Shown in pieces: positions 18,277-27,925 of a DNA stretch of 64,000 bases (position 1 is the first letter of the stretch; each line of letters opens with the position of its first letter). Under the pieces are notes generated by a model. That model ran no database searches. It was not told the DNA's origin and saw nothing but the letters and a program-made list of their open reading frames with translations. The DNA lies in NCBI GenBank assembly GCA_016198755.1, contig JACQIB010000002.1, forward strand, positions 59,004 through 123,003, read 5' to 3'. The stretch comes from Candidatus Aenigmatarchaeota archaeon. Its GTDB lineage: Archaea; Aenigmatarchaeota; Aenigmatarchaeia; Aenigmatarchaeales; JACQIB01. The position numbers and the translations under genes are program-made.

Positions 18277-18858
18277 ATGAAAGCAGAATTATTTCTGGAA
18301 TTGCGCAGGCAGGCTGTACATGCCTTTGGAATAGTTGTTGCAATCGGTGTTATGTTCCTTCCACAGGAGGTGTATATAGGAGGGCTTGAATCTGTTCTGA
18401 TATTTTTTGTTTTGCTGTCCGTTTACAAGGCAGGCAAGTTTGTATTCATAGGCAGAATTGGAAAATTATTTCTATTGTTTGCAAAAAAGTTTGAGCGCCC
18501 AGGAGAACTGTTGCTGAGAGGTCCAATAATGTTCTTTGCTGGCGCAACAATAACAGCAATAATTTTTCCGAGTGCTGTTGCAGCAGCCGGAATAGCTGTT
18601 TTAGCACTGGGTGATTCAGCTTCCACTATTATTGGAAAAACTTATGGAAAGCATAAAATTCCATGGGAAGGAAACAGAAGCTGGGAAGGCAGCATAGCTT
18701 TCTTCATTTTTGCATTAGCAGCCTGTTTACTCTTCCAAATTCCAGTGCAAAAAGCATTTGCAGCAGCTGTGCTCTCAGCAATTATTGAGACAATCCCAAT
18801 ATTAGATGATAACCTAACAGTTCCAATAGCTGCTGCTGCAGCAATCCAACTCTTCTAA
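18277..18858 (+). CDS. CTP-dependent dolichol/phytol kinase-like membrane protein
   Basis: ELRRQAVH, LALGDSASTIIG..YG, RSWEGS, DDNLTVP. Confidence 0.88.
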   Translation: MKAELFLELRRQAVHAFGIVVAIGVMFLPQEVYIGGLESVLIFFVLLSVYKAGKFVFIGRIGKLFLLFAKKFERPGELLLRGPIMFFAGATITAIIFPSAVAAAGIAVLALGDSASTIIGKTYGKHKIPWEGNRSWEGSIAFFIFALAACLLFQIPVQKAFAAAVLSAIIETIPILDDNLTVPIAAAAAIQLF

Positions 18859-18907
18859 AGGCAAAAATATATAACACTTAAATAGAAGACCCGCCCATAG
18901 ATTTCTC

Positions 18908-20224
18908 ATGCATGAGCTTGAGAACTTTTTCAATCCAACTTCAGTGGCTGTTATAGGTGCCAGCCATACACCAGGCAAGGTAGGCTATGTTATAGTTGAT
19001 AGCCTTAAAAGCTCTTTTCATGGTAAAATATACCCTATAAACCCTTCTGTTACAGAAATATTGGGTTTACCGGCGTATACATCTGTAAATAACGTTACAG
19101 AGCCAATAGACCTAGCTATAATAGCTGTGCCGGCAGAAACTGTAAATTCTGTTTTAGAAGAGGTTATACAGCACAAAATTAAGTCTGTAATTATAGTTTC
19201 AAGCGGTTTTACAGGCGTTGAAGATAAAGAAAGGTATAAAACACTTGAAAATCTTATTAAGAAGTCAAAAATCCGAGTTATAGGACCTAGCTCCTTGGGG
19301 ACCTTTACAAGTAAGCTAGATATGTTCTTTCTGCCAAGAGAAAGGTTCAAAAGACCTCCTGAAGGTTATATAAGCTTTATAAGCCAGTCCGGATCCGTAG
19401 GAGCAATGCTTTTAGACCTTATTTCTTCAGAAGGTGTTGGTATAAGCAAATTTGCTTCTTTTGGAAGCAGAAGTGATGTGTCTGAAATAGAGCTTTTAGA
19501 CTATTTAGGAAAGGATTTGCAGACCCGTTGTATAGCTCTGTATATAGAATCCCTGAAAGATGGAAAAGCTTTTATTGAAGTTGCAAAGAAAGTTGTAAAG
19601 ACAAAGCCTATTGTTGCACTCAAAGGAGGAAAGGACAGTGCAGAAATATATTCTGCTGCTTTCAAACAAGCCGGAATTATTGAAGCAAAAACAACTGAGG
19701 AATTATTTGATTTTGCAAAGGTTCTTGCAAATCAGCCGCTTCCAGCCTCAAAGAAAATAGCTATTGTAACAGAAGGGAGTGGATTGGGTGTTATTGCTGC
19801 AAATTCTCTTGTTTCCCTTGGGCTTGAGATTGCAGAATTTTCAAAAGAAACAGTAAAACCATTTAAAAATTTAGGATTTACAACACTTCCAAATCCTGTG
19901 GATTTGGGTGGAGAAAGCAATGTTGAGCGCTACCAGAAGGCGTTAGATGCGGTTTTCAAAGACAAGGCTGTCGCAGGAGTTATTTGCATACCTCTTTTCC
20001 AAACACCTTCAATTGAAGATAGTATTGTTGATATTTTAAGAGACTGTAAAATATATGGAAAGCCTCTTATTGTTTGTGCAGCAGGCGGGGAGCACACACA
20101 GAAACTCTCAAGAAAACTGGAAGCTGTTGGTATTCCTGTTTATCAGACTCCTGAAAGGGCAGCAAAAGCAATGTCCATCCTTTCTAAACAGCCTGTACAG
20201 GTTCCAGCTAAAGCCAAAAAGTAA
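18908..20224 (+). CDS. ADP-forming acyl-CoA synthetase alpha subunit homolog lacking the phospho-His loop
   Basis: FFNPTSVAVIGAS..PGKVG, YPINP, ISQSG, KPIVALKGG, NPVDL, PERA; no SHTG segment. Confidence 0.9.
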   Translation: MHELENFFNPTSVAVIGASHTPGKVGYVIVDSLKSSFHGKIYPINPSVTEILGLPAYTSVNNVTEPIDLAIIAVPAETVNSVLEEVIQHKIKSVIIVSSGFTGVEDKERYKTLENLIKKSKIRVIGPSSLGTFTSKLDMFFLPRERFKRPPEGYISFISQSGSVGAMLLDLISSEGVGISKFASFGSRSDVSEIELLDYLGKDLQTRCIALYIESLKDGKAFIEVAKKVVKTKPIVALKGGKDSAEIYSAAFKQAGIIEAKTTEELFDFAKVLANQPLPASKKIAIVTEGSGLGVIAANSLVSLGLEIAEFSKETVKPFKNLGFTTLPNPVDLGGESNVERYQKALDAVFKDKAVAGVICIPLFQTPSIEDSIVDILRDCKIYGKPLIVCAAGGEHTQKLSRKLEAVGIPVYQTPERAAKAMSILSKQPVQVPAKAKK

Positions 20225-20287
20225 GTTCTGCAAAAAGCGAACCCTTAAGTGAAAGAGTTATATACCAGTTTTTTTGAAAGAGAACGA

Positions 20288-21583
20288 ATGCTCCGCTCCA
20301 CATTTTTTGTTTTATTCTCCTCTTTGCTTCTTTTCCCAGCAGTTGTGCAGGCTGTTGTTATAAGTGAAATAATGTATGCTCCCTCAGGTGATTATGGCCC
20401 GTTTTACAATGAATGGGTAGAACTTTACAATCCCTCTGATTCTGAGGAACAGTTAGGAAACTGGATACTTAACGGAACAATAAGCTCTACTTTTATTTTT
20501 CCTAACAATACAAACCTCCCAGCAAAAGGATTTATTATTATATCAAAGAACCTTACCCGCTTTAATGAAGTTTACAGTGCAAGCTGCGAAAAGCTTATAG
20601 ATAATTTTTCTCTGGGAAACAACGGAGACTGGATAGATATATACAGTTTTTCAAACAACTCTTACAAATCCGAGGCTTCAGTAAACTATAAACCTGAATG
20701 GGGAGGCAACAGGACAAACCGTTCTTTGGAAAAGAACAGCACAGGCTATTTTGAAAGCTCTGTTTTAGGCGGAACTCCCTGCTACCAGAACAGCATTATT
20801 CTAACCACAACAACATCTACTACAAACACGGGTTTAACCACAACAACTATTCCCAGCCAAACAACTACTTCCATAAGAGAAACAACAACTACAACTCTTT
20901 CTATACAGGATCAGCAGGATTTTTCAGGCCAGCAGCAAACCTTTGGCAGATGGAAATTTTCCTCTTCTGAGTTTGATAAAGCAGTATTCGGGGATAACAA
21001 AACAATAAGCGGGAGCTTTTACTCTGGTGACGGAAGGTTTGTAAAGCTCTCTTTCGTTTCCTATATTTTCAAGCCAGACTGGATTTCTATTGATAGTAAA
21101 GGCAAAATACTCAGGAGCAACCTTGCAGAAGCTGATACAGCCCAAGTTTTTGAAATGGTTGGCAGAAATGAAACTCTTAATTTTTCTATCCCACTTTTCC
21201 TGTATGAAAACTGCAACTACATATACCCTCCAGGTGAGTATACAGCAAGAGTAAGAGCTTACGAGTATAACAGAACAAGAGATTGGAACCCTGTTGCATG
21301 GAAGGATTTTCCTGTTCTAATAGGAGACAATCCATCCTGCTCAGAGGAGAGGGGCAATATAACAGGAACACCCTTTGCTAAAGAGCAAAATAGAGCCAGT
21401 GGAGCAACAGGATTCTCAATTTTTCCAATAAAAGACTATAATGTGGTAATAGCAGGTGCTGTTATTCTGGTTTCAGCTCTTTTGCTAAAATATAGGAAAA
21501 AATTCACACAGCAACAGTATCGTTCAGGAACTTCTGAAGCAAAATTTCCGCAAGCCCAGAATATTCTCCCCACAACTTTTTAG
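20288..21583 (+). CDS. lamin-tail-domain surface protein with Thr-rich linker and C-terminal TM
   Basis: signal peptide, VVISEIMY.P..NEWVELYN, L.N.GD, GTP. Confidence 0.8.
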   Translation: MLRSTFFVLFSSLLLFPAVVQAVVISEIMYAPSGDYGPFYNEWVELYNPSDSEEQLGNWILNGTISSTFIFPNNTNLPAKGFIIISKNLTRFNEVYSASCEKLIDNFSLGNNGDWIDIYSFSNNSYKSEASVNYKPEWGGNRTNRSLEKNSTGYFESSVLGGTPCYQNSIILTTTTSTTNTGLTTTTIPSQTTTSIRETTTTTLSIQDQQDFSGQQQTFGRWKFSSSEFDKAVFGDNKTISGSFYSGDGRFVKLSFVSYIFKPDWISIDSKGKILRSNLAEADTAQVFEMVGRNETLNFSIPLFLYENCNYIYPPGEYTARVRAYEYNRTRDWNPVAWKDFPVLIGDNPSCSEERGNITGTPFAKEQNRASGATGFSIFPIKDYNVVIAGAVILVSALLLKYRKKFTQQQYRSGTSEAKFPQAQNILPTTF

Positions 21584-22286
21584 CTTCTTCCTTTCCAGAT
21601 TTGTTATCAGCCCTAACTTTATAGTGTTCCCTTAAAATCCTTTCAGTTAGAGTATCCCAATAAAATCCTGAAAAGTCCCTTCTCTGAAAAATGTTAAACA
21701 ATGCAGCACTATACTTTCCAACACCCTTTATTTTTGTCAGCTCTCGTGGTATAGCTCCAGACAGGAAAATTTTTGCCAGCCCGACAATAAAAGGAGCCTT
21801 ATACCCGAGTTTTAGTTTCCTGAGTTTTTCCTGATCCAGATAGTTTTCAGGCACAAAATTCAGTTCTGCGCAAAGCTTTTGCATTGTTTGCAAATAGTTC
21901 CTGAAAGAGTTATTCTGGGAAACAATAGCCCCTACAAGAGCCTCAAAATCAGAGAAAGCTGAAACCATTCTAGTTCCCTTTATCCTTGGCAGCAATTTAT
22001 TAAGAACTATATCCTGCCTGCAAAGTTCATAGAACCTTCCCATGTTTTCATTTACTCCAAGACAGAATGCAACCCTTTCCTTAACAATTTTTTCCTCTTC
22101 CTTTGAAAGTTTTCTATCCACATTAACAGTTAATTTTCCATCTTTTTGTGAAAACCCCAGTTTCGCAGGCTTTCCATTTATAAAAACAACTCTGCTGGGT
22201 TCAGGAGAGTAGAAAAAGTAAAACGGCTTTCCCTGCAGTATTTTTAGAAAATCAAAATCTTCCTGAACATTAAACTCTAATTTCAT
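21504..22286 (-). CDS. HhH-GPD superfamily DNA glycosylase (AlkA/Ogg1-like)
   Basis: DFEALVGAIVSQNN, LGYKA, LTKIKGVGKYSA, DT; start MKLEF; 80-bp convergent overlap with the lamin-tail gene. Confidence 0.8.
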   Translation of the reverse strand: MKLEFNVQEDFDFLKILQGKPFYFFYSPEPSRVVFINGKPAKLGFSQKDGKLTVNVDRKLSKEEEKIVKERVAFCLGVNENMGRFYELCRQDIVLNKLLPRIKGTRMVSAFSDFEALVGAIVSQNNSFRNYLQTMQKLCAELNFVPENYLDQEKLRKLKLGYKAPFIVGLAKIFLSGAIPRELTKIKGVGKYSAALFNIFQRRDFSGFYWDTLTERILREHYKVRADNKSGKEEAKKLWGEYSGLAEILLQKFLNDTVAV

Positions 22287-22353
22287 ACCATATGCTTTGC
22301 AAACTAAATGTTTAAAAGGGTTGGGTTTGCAGTCTGATACAGAAGTGTTGGAA

Positions 22354-25137
22354 GTGGTTAGTGTATTCACCTTACTTAATAATAGGGTAAAAGAGCTAGC
22401 CGTATCTAGATTTTCTGCACCCACTGAAATACAAAAAAATGCTATTCCGCTTGTTTTAGAGGGTAAAAACGTGCTTGTTATAGCCCAGACAGGCTCTGGC
22501 AAAACAGAAAGCCTTATGCTACCTGTTTTCAGCAAAATGCTTGAGCTTGAGAAAATGCCAATAACAACCCTTTACATAACACCTCTCAGAGCACTGAACA
22601 GGAACATGTTCGAAAGGCTTATTTGGTGGTGCAATTCTTTGGGTTTTGAAGCTTCTGTTCGTCACGGAGATACAACCCAGTCAGAAAGAAAGCTCCAGAC
22701 AGAATACCCCCCAGACCTTCTGATAACAACTCCGGAGCAGCTAAATTCAATGATTTTAGGAAAAAGGCTCAGGGAATTCATGAAAAACATAAAGTTTATT
22801 GTTGTGGATGAAGTACATGAGTTAATAGACAGCAAGCGCGGAGTTCAACTGGCTGTTGTTCTTGAAAGAATAAAAGAACTCTGCGGAAAACCCCAGATTT
22901 TAGCTCTCTCAGCTACAGTTGGAAGTCCTGAAGAAGCTGCAAAGTTTATTGGCTGCAGCTCCGTTGTTTCCTCAACTGAAGCAAAATTACTTAATATAAA
23001 AGTTGAAGCTCCGACTCCTGGAGCTGAGGACAAAATACTTGCTGAAAAAGTGTTTATAGGGGATAGTATTGCAGCAAGACTGAGAAGAATAGCAGAGCTG
23101 ACAAAAACCCATCACTCAGTCTTAACTTTTACAAATACAAGGGAAGCTGCTGAAGTCCTCTCTTCCAGATTAAGGTTATTTGAAACAGGACAGAAGCATG
23201 AAGTTCACCATTCCTCCCTCTCGAAAGAAGTAAGAGTTAAGGTAGAAAAAGATTTCAAAGAAGAGGTTTTGAAAAGCATTATATGCACAAGCAGCCTCCA
23301 GCTTGGGATAGATATAGGCAGCATAGACCTTGTTATACAATATCAAAGCCCAAGAGAAGTAACACAGCTAACACAGAGGATTGGCAGGGCAGGGCATTCC
23401 ATTGAAAAGGTTTCTGAGGGCATTATAATATCAGGTGAAGGAGACGATCTCTTTGAATCCACTGTTATAGCAAGGAAGGCTCTGGCAGGCGAACTGGAAC
23501 CAATAAGGTTTTATGAAAATTGTTTTGATGTTTTAACACACCAACTTGTGGGTATAGCTTCTGAAACCTATGGAATTGACATAAAAAAGGCATTATCAAT
23601 TATACAGAGAGCCTATCCATACAGGAACCTTTCAGAAAAAGATTTTTCAGAGCTGATAAAGTTTCTTGAAACAATACATATTCTCTGGAGCAGCAGTGGT
23701 TTGCATAGAGGAAGAAAAGCCCTGCAATATTATTTTGAAAATCTTTCAGTTATACCAGACAACAAATCCTACAAAGTTATAGATATGGCTGCCAACAGCC
23801 CTGTAGGTAGTTTGGACGAGGCATTTGTTGCAGAGCACTGTTTACCCGGAGCAACTTTTATCTTCAAAGGCAGGCCATGGGCTGTTATTTCAGTTGAAAA
23901 GGATAAAGTTTTTGCCCAAGCTTCAGCAGATATAGAATCTTCTGTTCCAGCATGGCAGGGAGAGCTTATTCCAGTTCCTTATTCAATTGCGCAGGAAGTT
24001 GCAGCTCTCAGAAAATTAATAGCAGACAATATTGAAAAGAAGAACTTGACAGAGCTTTTAAAGGAAAAATATCCTATCTCCAGTTCTGTAGCAGAGAAAA
24101 TGACTTCTATTATAAAAAAGCAGGTAAAATTCTTTATACCAGATGAGAAAACCCTTGTTTTTGAAACCTATGGGGACTTTACTGTTCTCCACTCACCATT
24201 TGGCTCTCTCGTTAATGAAACACTGAGCAGGTTTATTTCAGCCCTTATAGCAGCTGAAACAGGCTCTTCAGTTAATACAAAATCAGACCCTTATAGGATA
24301 GTTTTTTCCCAGATTCTACCGGAAGCTATAAAACGTGTTCTTCTCCAATACAAACCAGAGGATATTGGTATTATTCTGGAAAAATCCCTTGTAAACAGCA
24401 GTTTGTTCAAGCACAGGTTCCTGCATGTTGCAAAAAGGTTCGGTGCAGTCAGAAGAGATGCTTCCCTTGAAAAGATAAGTATGGACAGGATTATACGTGC
24501 TTTCGAAGGAACACCTGTAATAAAGGAAACTTTGCGTGAGCTTTTTATTGAAAAGCTTGATTTGTCAGGTGCAGAGTCTGTTCTGCGGGAGCTGCAGAAG
24601 GGAAAGCTAGAAATAAAAGAGTTTGCAGGATTGAGCCCGCTTGGGGAAGAGGGATTAAAATACGAGCTGCATGATATTGCAAAACCTGACAGGCCAGAAG
24701 CTGAGATAATGAGAATATTCAAGCAGCGTCTGCTTGGAACCAAACTCCGGTTGGTTTGTGTAAACTGCGGCAAATATTCTATTACAAAATTTGTAAAGGA
24801 TATAGATGAAGAGCCGCGCTGTTCCAAGTGCAAAAGCAAGCTGCTTGCAGCACTCAGCCCATATGAAACAGAAATGCAGAATATTGTGAAGAAGAGGCTT
24901 TCAGGAAAATCTTTAGTTGCAGATGAGCATAAAAGACTTGAGAGAGCCAAGAGATCTGCAGACATGGTAATTGTCTACGGAAAGAAAGCCTGCATTGCTT
25001 TAGCAGGGAGGGGAGTAGGTCCCCAAACAGCTTCGCGTATCCTTGCCAGAATGCACCGCACTGATCAGGAGTTTTACAAGGATATTTTAAAGGCTGAAAA
25101 GCAGTTCATAGAAACCAAAAAATTCTGGAGCACATGA
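22354..25137 (+). CDS. lhr: Lhr-family SF2 helicase (archaeal, C-terminal Cys motif)
   Basis: PTEIQ, TGSGKT, RHGDT, DEVH, SAT, HHSSL, QRIGRAGH, P.W.GE, CxxC..CxxC, GRGVGP; GTG start approximate. Confidence 0.92.
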   Translation: MVSVFTLLNNRVKELAVSRFSAPTEIQKNAIPLVLEGKNVLVIAQTGSGKTESLMLPVFSKMLELEKMPITTLYITPLRALNRNMFERLIWWCNSLGFEASVRHGDTTQSERKLQTEYPPDLLITTPEQLNSMILGKRLREFMKNIKFIVVDEVHELIDSKRGVQLAVVLERIKELCGKPQILALSATVGSPEEAAKFIGCSSVVSSTEAKLLNIKVEAPTPGAEDKILAEKVFIGDSIAARLRRIAELTKTHHSVLTFTNTREAAEVLSSRLRLFETGQKHEVHHSSLSKEVRVKVEKDFKEEVLKSIICTSSLQLGIDIGSIDLVIQYQSPREVTQLTQRIGRAGHSIEKVSEGIIISGEGDDLFESTVIARKALAGELEPIRFYENCFDVLTHQLVGIASETYGIDIKKALSIIQRAYPYRNLSEKDFSELIKFLETIHILWSSSGLHRGRKALQYYFENLSVIPDNKSYKVIDMAANSPVGSLDEAFVAEHCLPGATFIFKGRPWAVISVEKDKVFAQASADIESSVPAWQGELIPVPYSIAQEVAALRKLIADNIEKKNLTELLKEKYPISSSVAEKMTSIIKKQVKFFIPDEKTLVFETYGDFTVLHSPFGSLVNETLSRFISALIAAETGSSVNTKSDPYRIVFSQILPEAIKRVLLQYKPEDIGIILEKSLVNSSLFKHRFLHVAKRFGAVRRDASLEKISMDRIIRAFEGTPVIKETLRELFIEKLDLSGAESVLRELQKGKLEIKEFAGLSPLGEEGLKYELHDIAKPDRPEAEIMRIFKQRLLGTKLRLVCVNCGKYSITKFVKDIDEEPRCSKCKSKLLAALSPYETEMQNIVKKRLSGKSLVADEHKRLERAKRSADMVIVYGKKACIALAGRGVGPQTASRILARMHRTDQEFYKDILKAEKQFIETKKFWST

Positions 25138-25185
25138 CAAATCTATATAAATTATAGTCTTGCGTATTATACACGGAGATTAAGA

Positions 25186-26157
25186 ATGAATTATCGTAGA
25201 CTAGGCAGAACTGGATTTGAAGTCAGTGAAATTGGGCACGGTCTATGGGGAATGGGATTGTGGAGCGGTTCTGATGATAAGGAATCAAAAACAGCACTTC
25301 AGCTTTCTTTGGATAGCGGCTGCAACTTCTTTGATTCTGCATGGGCATATGGCGACGGCAGAAGTGATAGCCTACTAGGTGAATTAATAAGGAACAATCC
25401 AGACAAGAGAATTCTCACGTCCTCTAAGATACCTCCAAAGAACATGAAGTGGCCAGCTTCTTCAACTGACAAGTATGAAGACGTATACCCACTGGATCAT
25501 GTGCTTAAGTATACAGAACTTATCAAGAAAGCTCTGGGTGTAGAATCCATAGATGTATTGCATCTCCATGTATGGGATGATAGCTGGGCAGATAACAGTG
25601 TTTTTTTGAAGACTGCCCAGAAACTCAAAGATGAGGGGCTTATACGGACTTTTGCCATAAGTCTTAACAGATGGGAGCCGGAAAATGGAATAGAAGCCAT
25701 TAAAACTGGTCTCATTGATGTTGTTCAGGTTATATATAACATTTTTGACCAAGCACCCGAAGATAAACTCTTTCCTCTATGCAAAAAGATGGATGTTGGT
25801 ATAATAGCCCGTGTTCCATTGGATGAAGGAAGCTTGGGTGGTAAGCTTACTATAAATACAAAATTTCCCCCTAGTGATTGGAGAGCTAAATATTTTGGTC
25901 CTGAAAATTTATCTAAAACAATAGAGCGCGTTGAAAACCTAAAATCTATTGTACCGAATGGTATGACATTGCCTGAAATGGCCTTACGGTTTATACTTAC
26001 AAACAAACAGGTTGGCACAACTATAATAGGAATGAGGAAACTCGAACACATAAAATCAAATTTTTCTGCCAGCGATAAGGGCCCGCTAGATGCGAATCTA
26101 ATTGAAATACTGCACAACCATAGATGGGACAGGAAAGTTAAATCGTGGTCCAACTAG
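25186..26157 (+). CDS. aldo/keto reductase
   Basis: YRRLGRTG..VSEIG.G.W, FFDSA..YG.G.SD, QVIYNIFDQ, IARVPL. Confidence 0.93.
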   Translation: MNYRRLGRTGFEVSEIGHGLWGMGLWSGSDDKESKTALQLSLDSGCNFFDSAWAYGDGRSDSLLGELIRNNPDKRILTSSKIPPKNMKWPASSTDKYEDVYPLDHVLKYTELIKKALGVESIDVLHLHVWDDSWADNSVFLKTAQKLKDEGLIRTFAISLNRWEPENGIEAIKTGLIDVVQVIYNIFDQAPEDKLFPLCKKMDVGIIARVPLDEGSLGGKLTINTKFPPSDWRAKYFGPENLSKTIERVENLKSIVPNGMTLPEMALRFILTNKQVGTTIIGMRKLEHIKSNFSASDKGPLDANLIEILHNHRWDRKVKSWSN

Positions 26158-26651
26158 GGCCAATTATCCTCTTCCCAGTTCCTTTTTTTGTTATAAAGCA
26201 AAGCCATACCAAACAGAAGGGAAGATAGCCTGTTAAGGAATTTTTGGATAAGAGTATTACACTTTACTTTCCATGTTTCAATCTCAGCTTTTCTTGCCAG
26301 AGCACGTGCATACTGTAAATGGGAAGCTGGACCTGCAGGCAGTACAAAGTTCTTCAGTTCTTGAGTTTTAGCTCCAATTTTATCTGTTTCTGTCTGCAGC
26401 CATGACATGTCTGTTTCAGTAAGTTTTACATTCCCTCCAGCTAAATCAGAGCCAATAACAAACAGCTTCCTCTGAACTTCTTTCAAAATTGAATCCACTT
26501 CATTATCTTTACAATTTTCCCTGCAAACTCCAATATAGCTGTTAAGTTCATCCACAGTTCCTATAGCTCCTATCAACGGTTCTGTTTTCTTTATTCTACA
26601 GCCGAAAACAGAAGTATCTCCCTTATCCCCAGTTCCAGTATAGAGTTTCAT
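26154..26651 (-). CDS. PduO-type ATP:cob(I)alamin adenosyltransferase
   Basis: YTGTGDKGDT, GTVDELNS, FVLP, AR..ARKAE, LNRLS. Confidence 0.9.
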   Translation of the reverse strand: MKLYTGTGDKGDTSVFGCRIKKTEPLIGAIGTVDELNSYIGVCRENCKDNEVDSILKEVQRKLFVIGSDLAGGNVKLTETDMSWLQTETDKIGAKTQELKNFVLPAGPASHLQYARALARKAEIETWKVKCNTLIQKFLNRLSSLLFGMALLYNKKRNWEEDNWP

Positions 26652-26679
26652 GTGTAAAATTTGCAGTGCCAGCTTAAAT

Positions 26680-27819
26680 CTATAATCCCCGTCCCAACTC
26701 AATAATCCTTGCCCCTTCCAAAGCTTTCTCAACAAGTTTTTCCATATCTATAGAGCTTTCAGCCTGTTTCATGTTTTCAGGCTTTGCGCTTGTTGCAGGG
26801 TGAGGGTCCATTATTGAAATGCAGCAATCTCTATACTTTTCCAGAGATATTTTATAGGTACCAACTTTTTCAGCAAGCTGTATTATCTCCCGTTTATCAA
26901 ATCCAACCAAAGGCCTGAATACAGGCAAATTTATCCCCTCTTCCACAACTCGCATGTTGCTCAATGTTTGTGAGGCAACCTGTCCAACGCTCTCCCCAGT
27001 AACAATTCCCAGCGCCTTTTCTCTATCAGCTATTTTCTCAGCACAGCGCAGCATAAACCTGCGAAAGGAAAGCAAAGCAAACCTTGAGGGTATTTTCAGG
27101 GAACCAAGCTGGAAAGGATAGAAAGGTACAAGATAAACCTTTAATTGAGAAGGGAAATATTCTTTCAGCTTTCCAATAAGTTTTTCTATCTTCCCAAAAT
27201 CTGCCTTATCTTTTGGACCGAAAGGATGGAAATGTACAAATATTGGAGTGCAGCCGCGTTTCATCATTAGCCAGCTTGAAACCGGAGAGTCTATACCTCC
27301 GGAAAGCAGGGAAACAACCTTCCCAGCGCTTCCAGCAGGCAACCCTCCCAATCCCCTGAATTTTCCAAGAAAAACTAAACTCTCCTTTTTATCAGCTTCA
27401 ATATACAAAACCTGCTCAGGTTCCATTGAAACCTTATATTTTTTGTTAAAGAAAACCTCACCAATTTTTGCAGCCAGTTCCTGAGAAGTATAAGGAAGAG
27501 TTTTGTCCACTCTTTTTGCTTCCACTTTAAAGGTTTTTTTCTTATCCATCTTTAGCTTGAGTGCTGTTGACTTTATTGACTTAAAATCACTCTTAGATTT
27601 CAAAGGAAACGAGAACCATTCTATACCAAAAATCTTTTCCATAGCTTCCTTAACTCTTTTTTCAGTTCCAGTAAACTTTATAATTATTTTTCCATGTTCT
27701 CTTTTAACCTTTGCTTTAGGCAGCGCAGCCTTTATGCTCCTTTCCAATAAGCTTTCAAAGTAGGGCCTGTTCCCGCCCTTAAGCGCTATTTCTCCATAAT
27801 GAACTAAAGCCAGTGTCAT
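26680..27819 (-). CDS. thiI: tRNA 4-thiouridine synthase ThiI
   Basis: YGEIALKG.NR, THUMP domain, LLSGGIDSPV, TGESVGQVASQT, DCC. Confidence 0.95.
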   Translation of the reverse strand: MTLALVHYGEIALKGGNRPYFESLLERSIKAALPKAKVKREHGKIIIKFTGTEKRVKEAMEKIFGIEWFSFPLKSKSDFKSIKSTALKLKMDKKKTFKVEAKRVDKTLPYTSQELAAKIGEVFFNKKYKVSMEPEQVLYIEADKKESLVFLGKFRGLGGLPAGSAGKVVSLLSGGIDSPVSSWLMMKRGCTPIFVHFHPFGPKDKADFGKIEKLIGKLKEYFPSQLKVYLVPFYPFQLGSLKIPSRFALLSFRRFMLRCAEKIADREKALGIVTGESVGQVASQTLSNMRVVEEGINLPVFRPLVGFDKREIIQLAEKVGTYKISLEKYRDCCISIMDPHPATSAKPENMKQAESSIDMEKLVEKALEGARIIELGRGL

Positions 27820-27925
27820 GAGAAGAGTTGGATAATAGAGGATATAAATAGAAAGCCCATGTCTCTGCAAAACTTACAATTTTTACTGCTATCTTTATAT
27901 ATGTTATATAAACATAAGTAATTTT

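Noticed and set aside
24291-24965. long antisense ORFs (e.g. 24291-24965, 3876-4343, 40331-40765, 61709-62179)
   Set aside because: They are shadows of well-supported genes on the opposite strand, with no motifs of their own.
1882-25137. inteins in Cdc48 or Lhr
   Set aside because: Both have normal lengths and continuous motifs, with no C...HN insertion.
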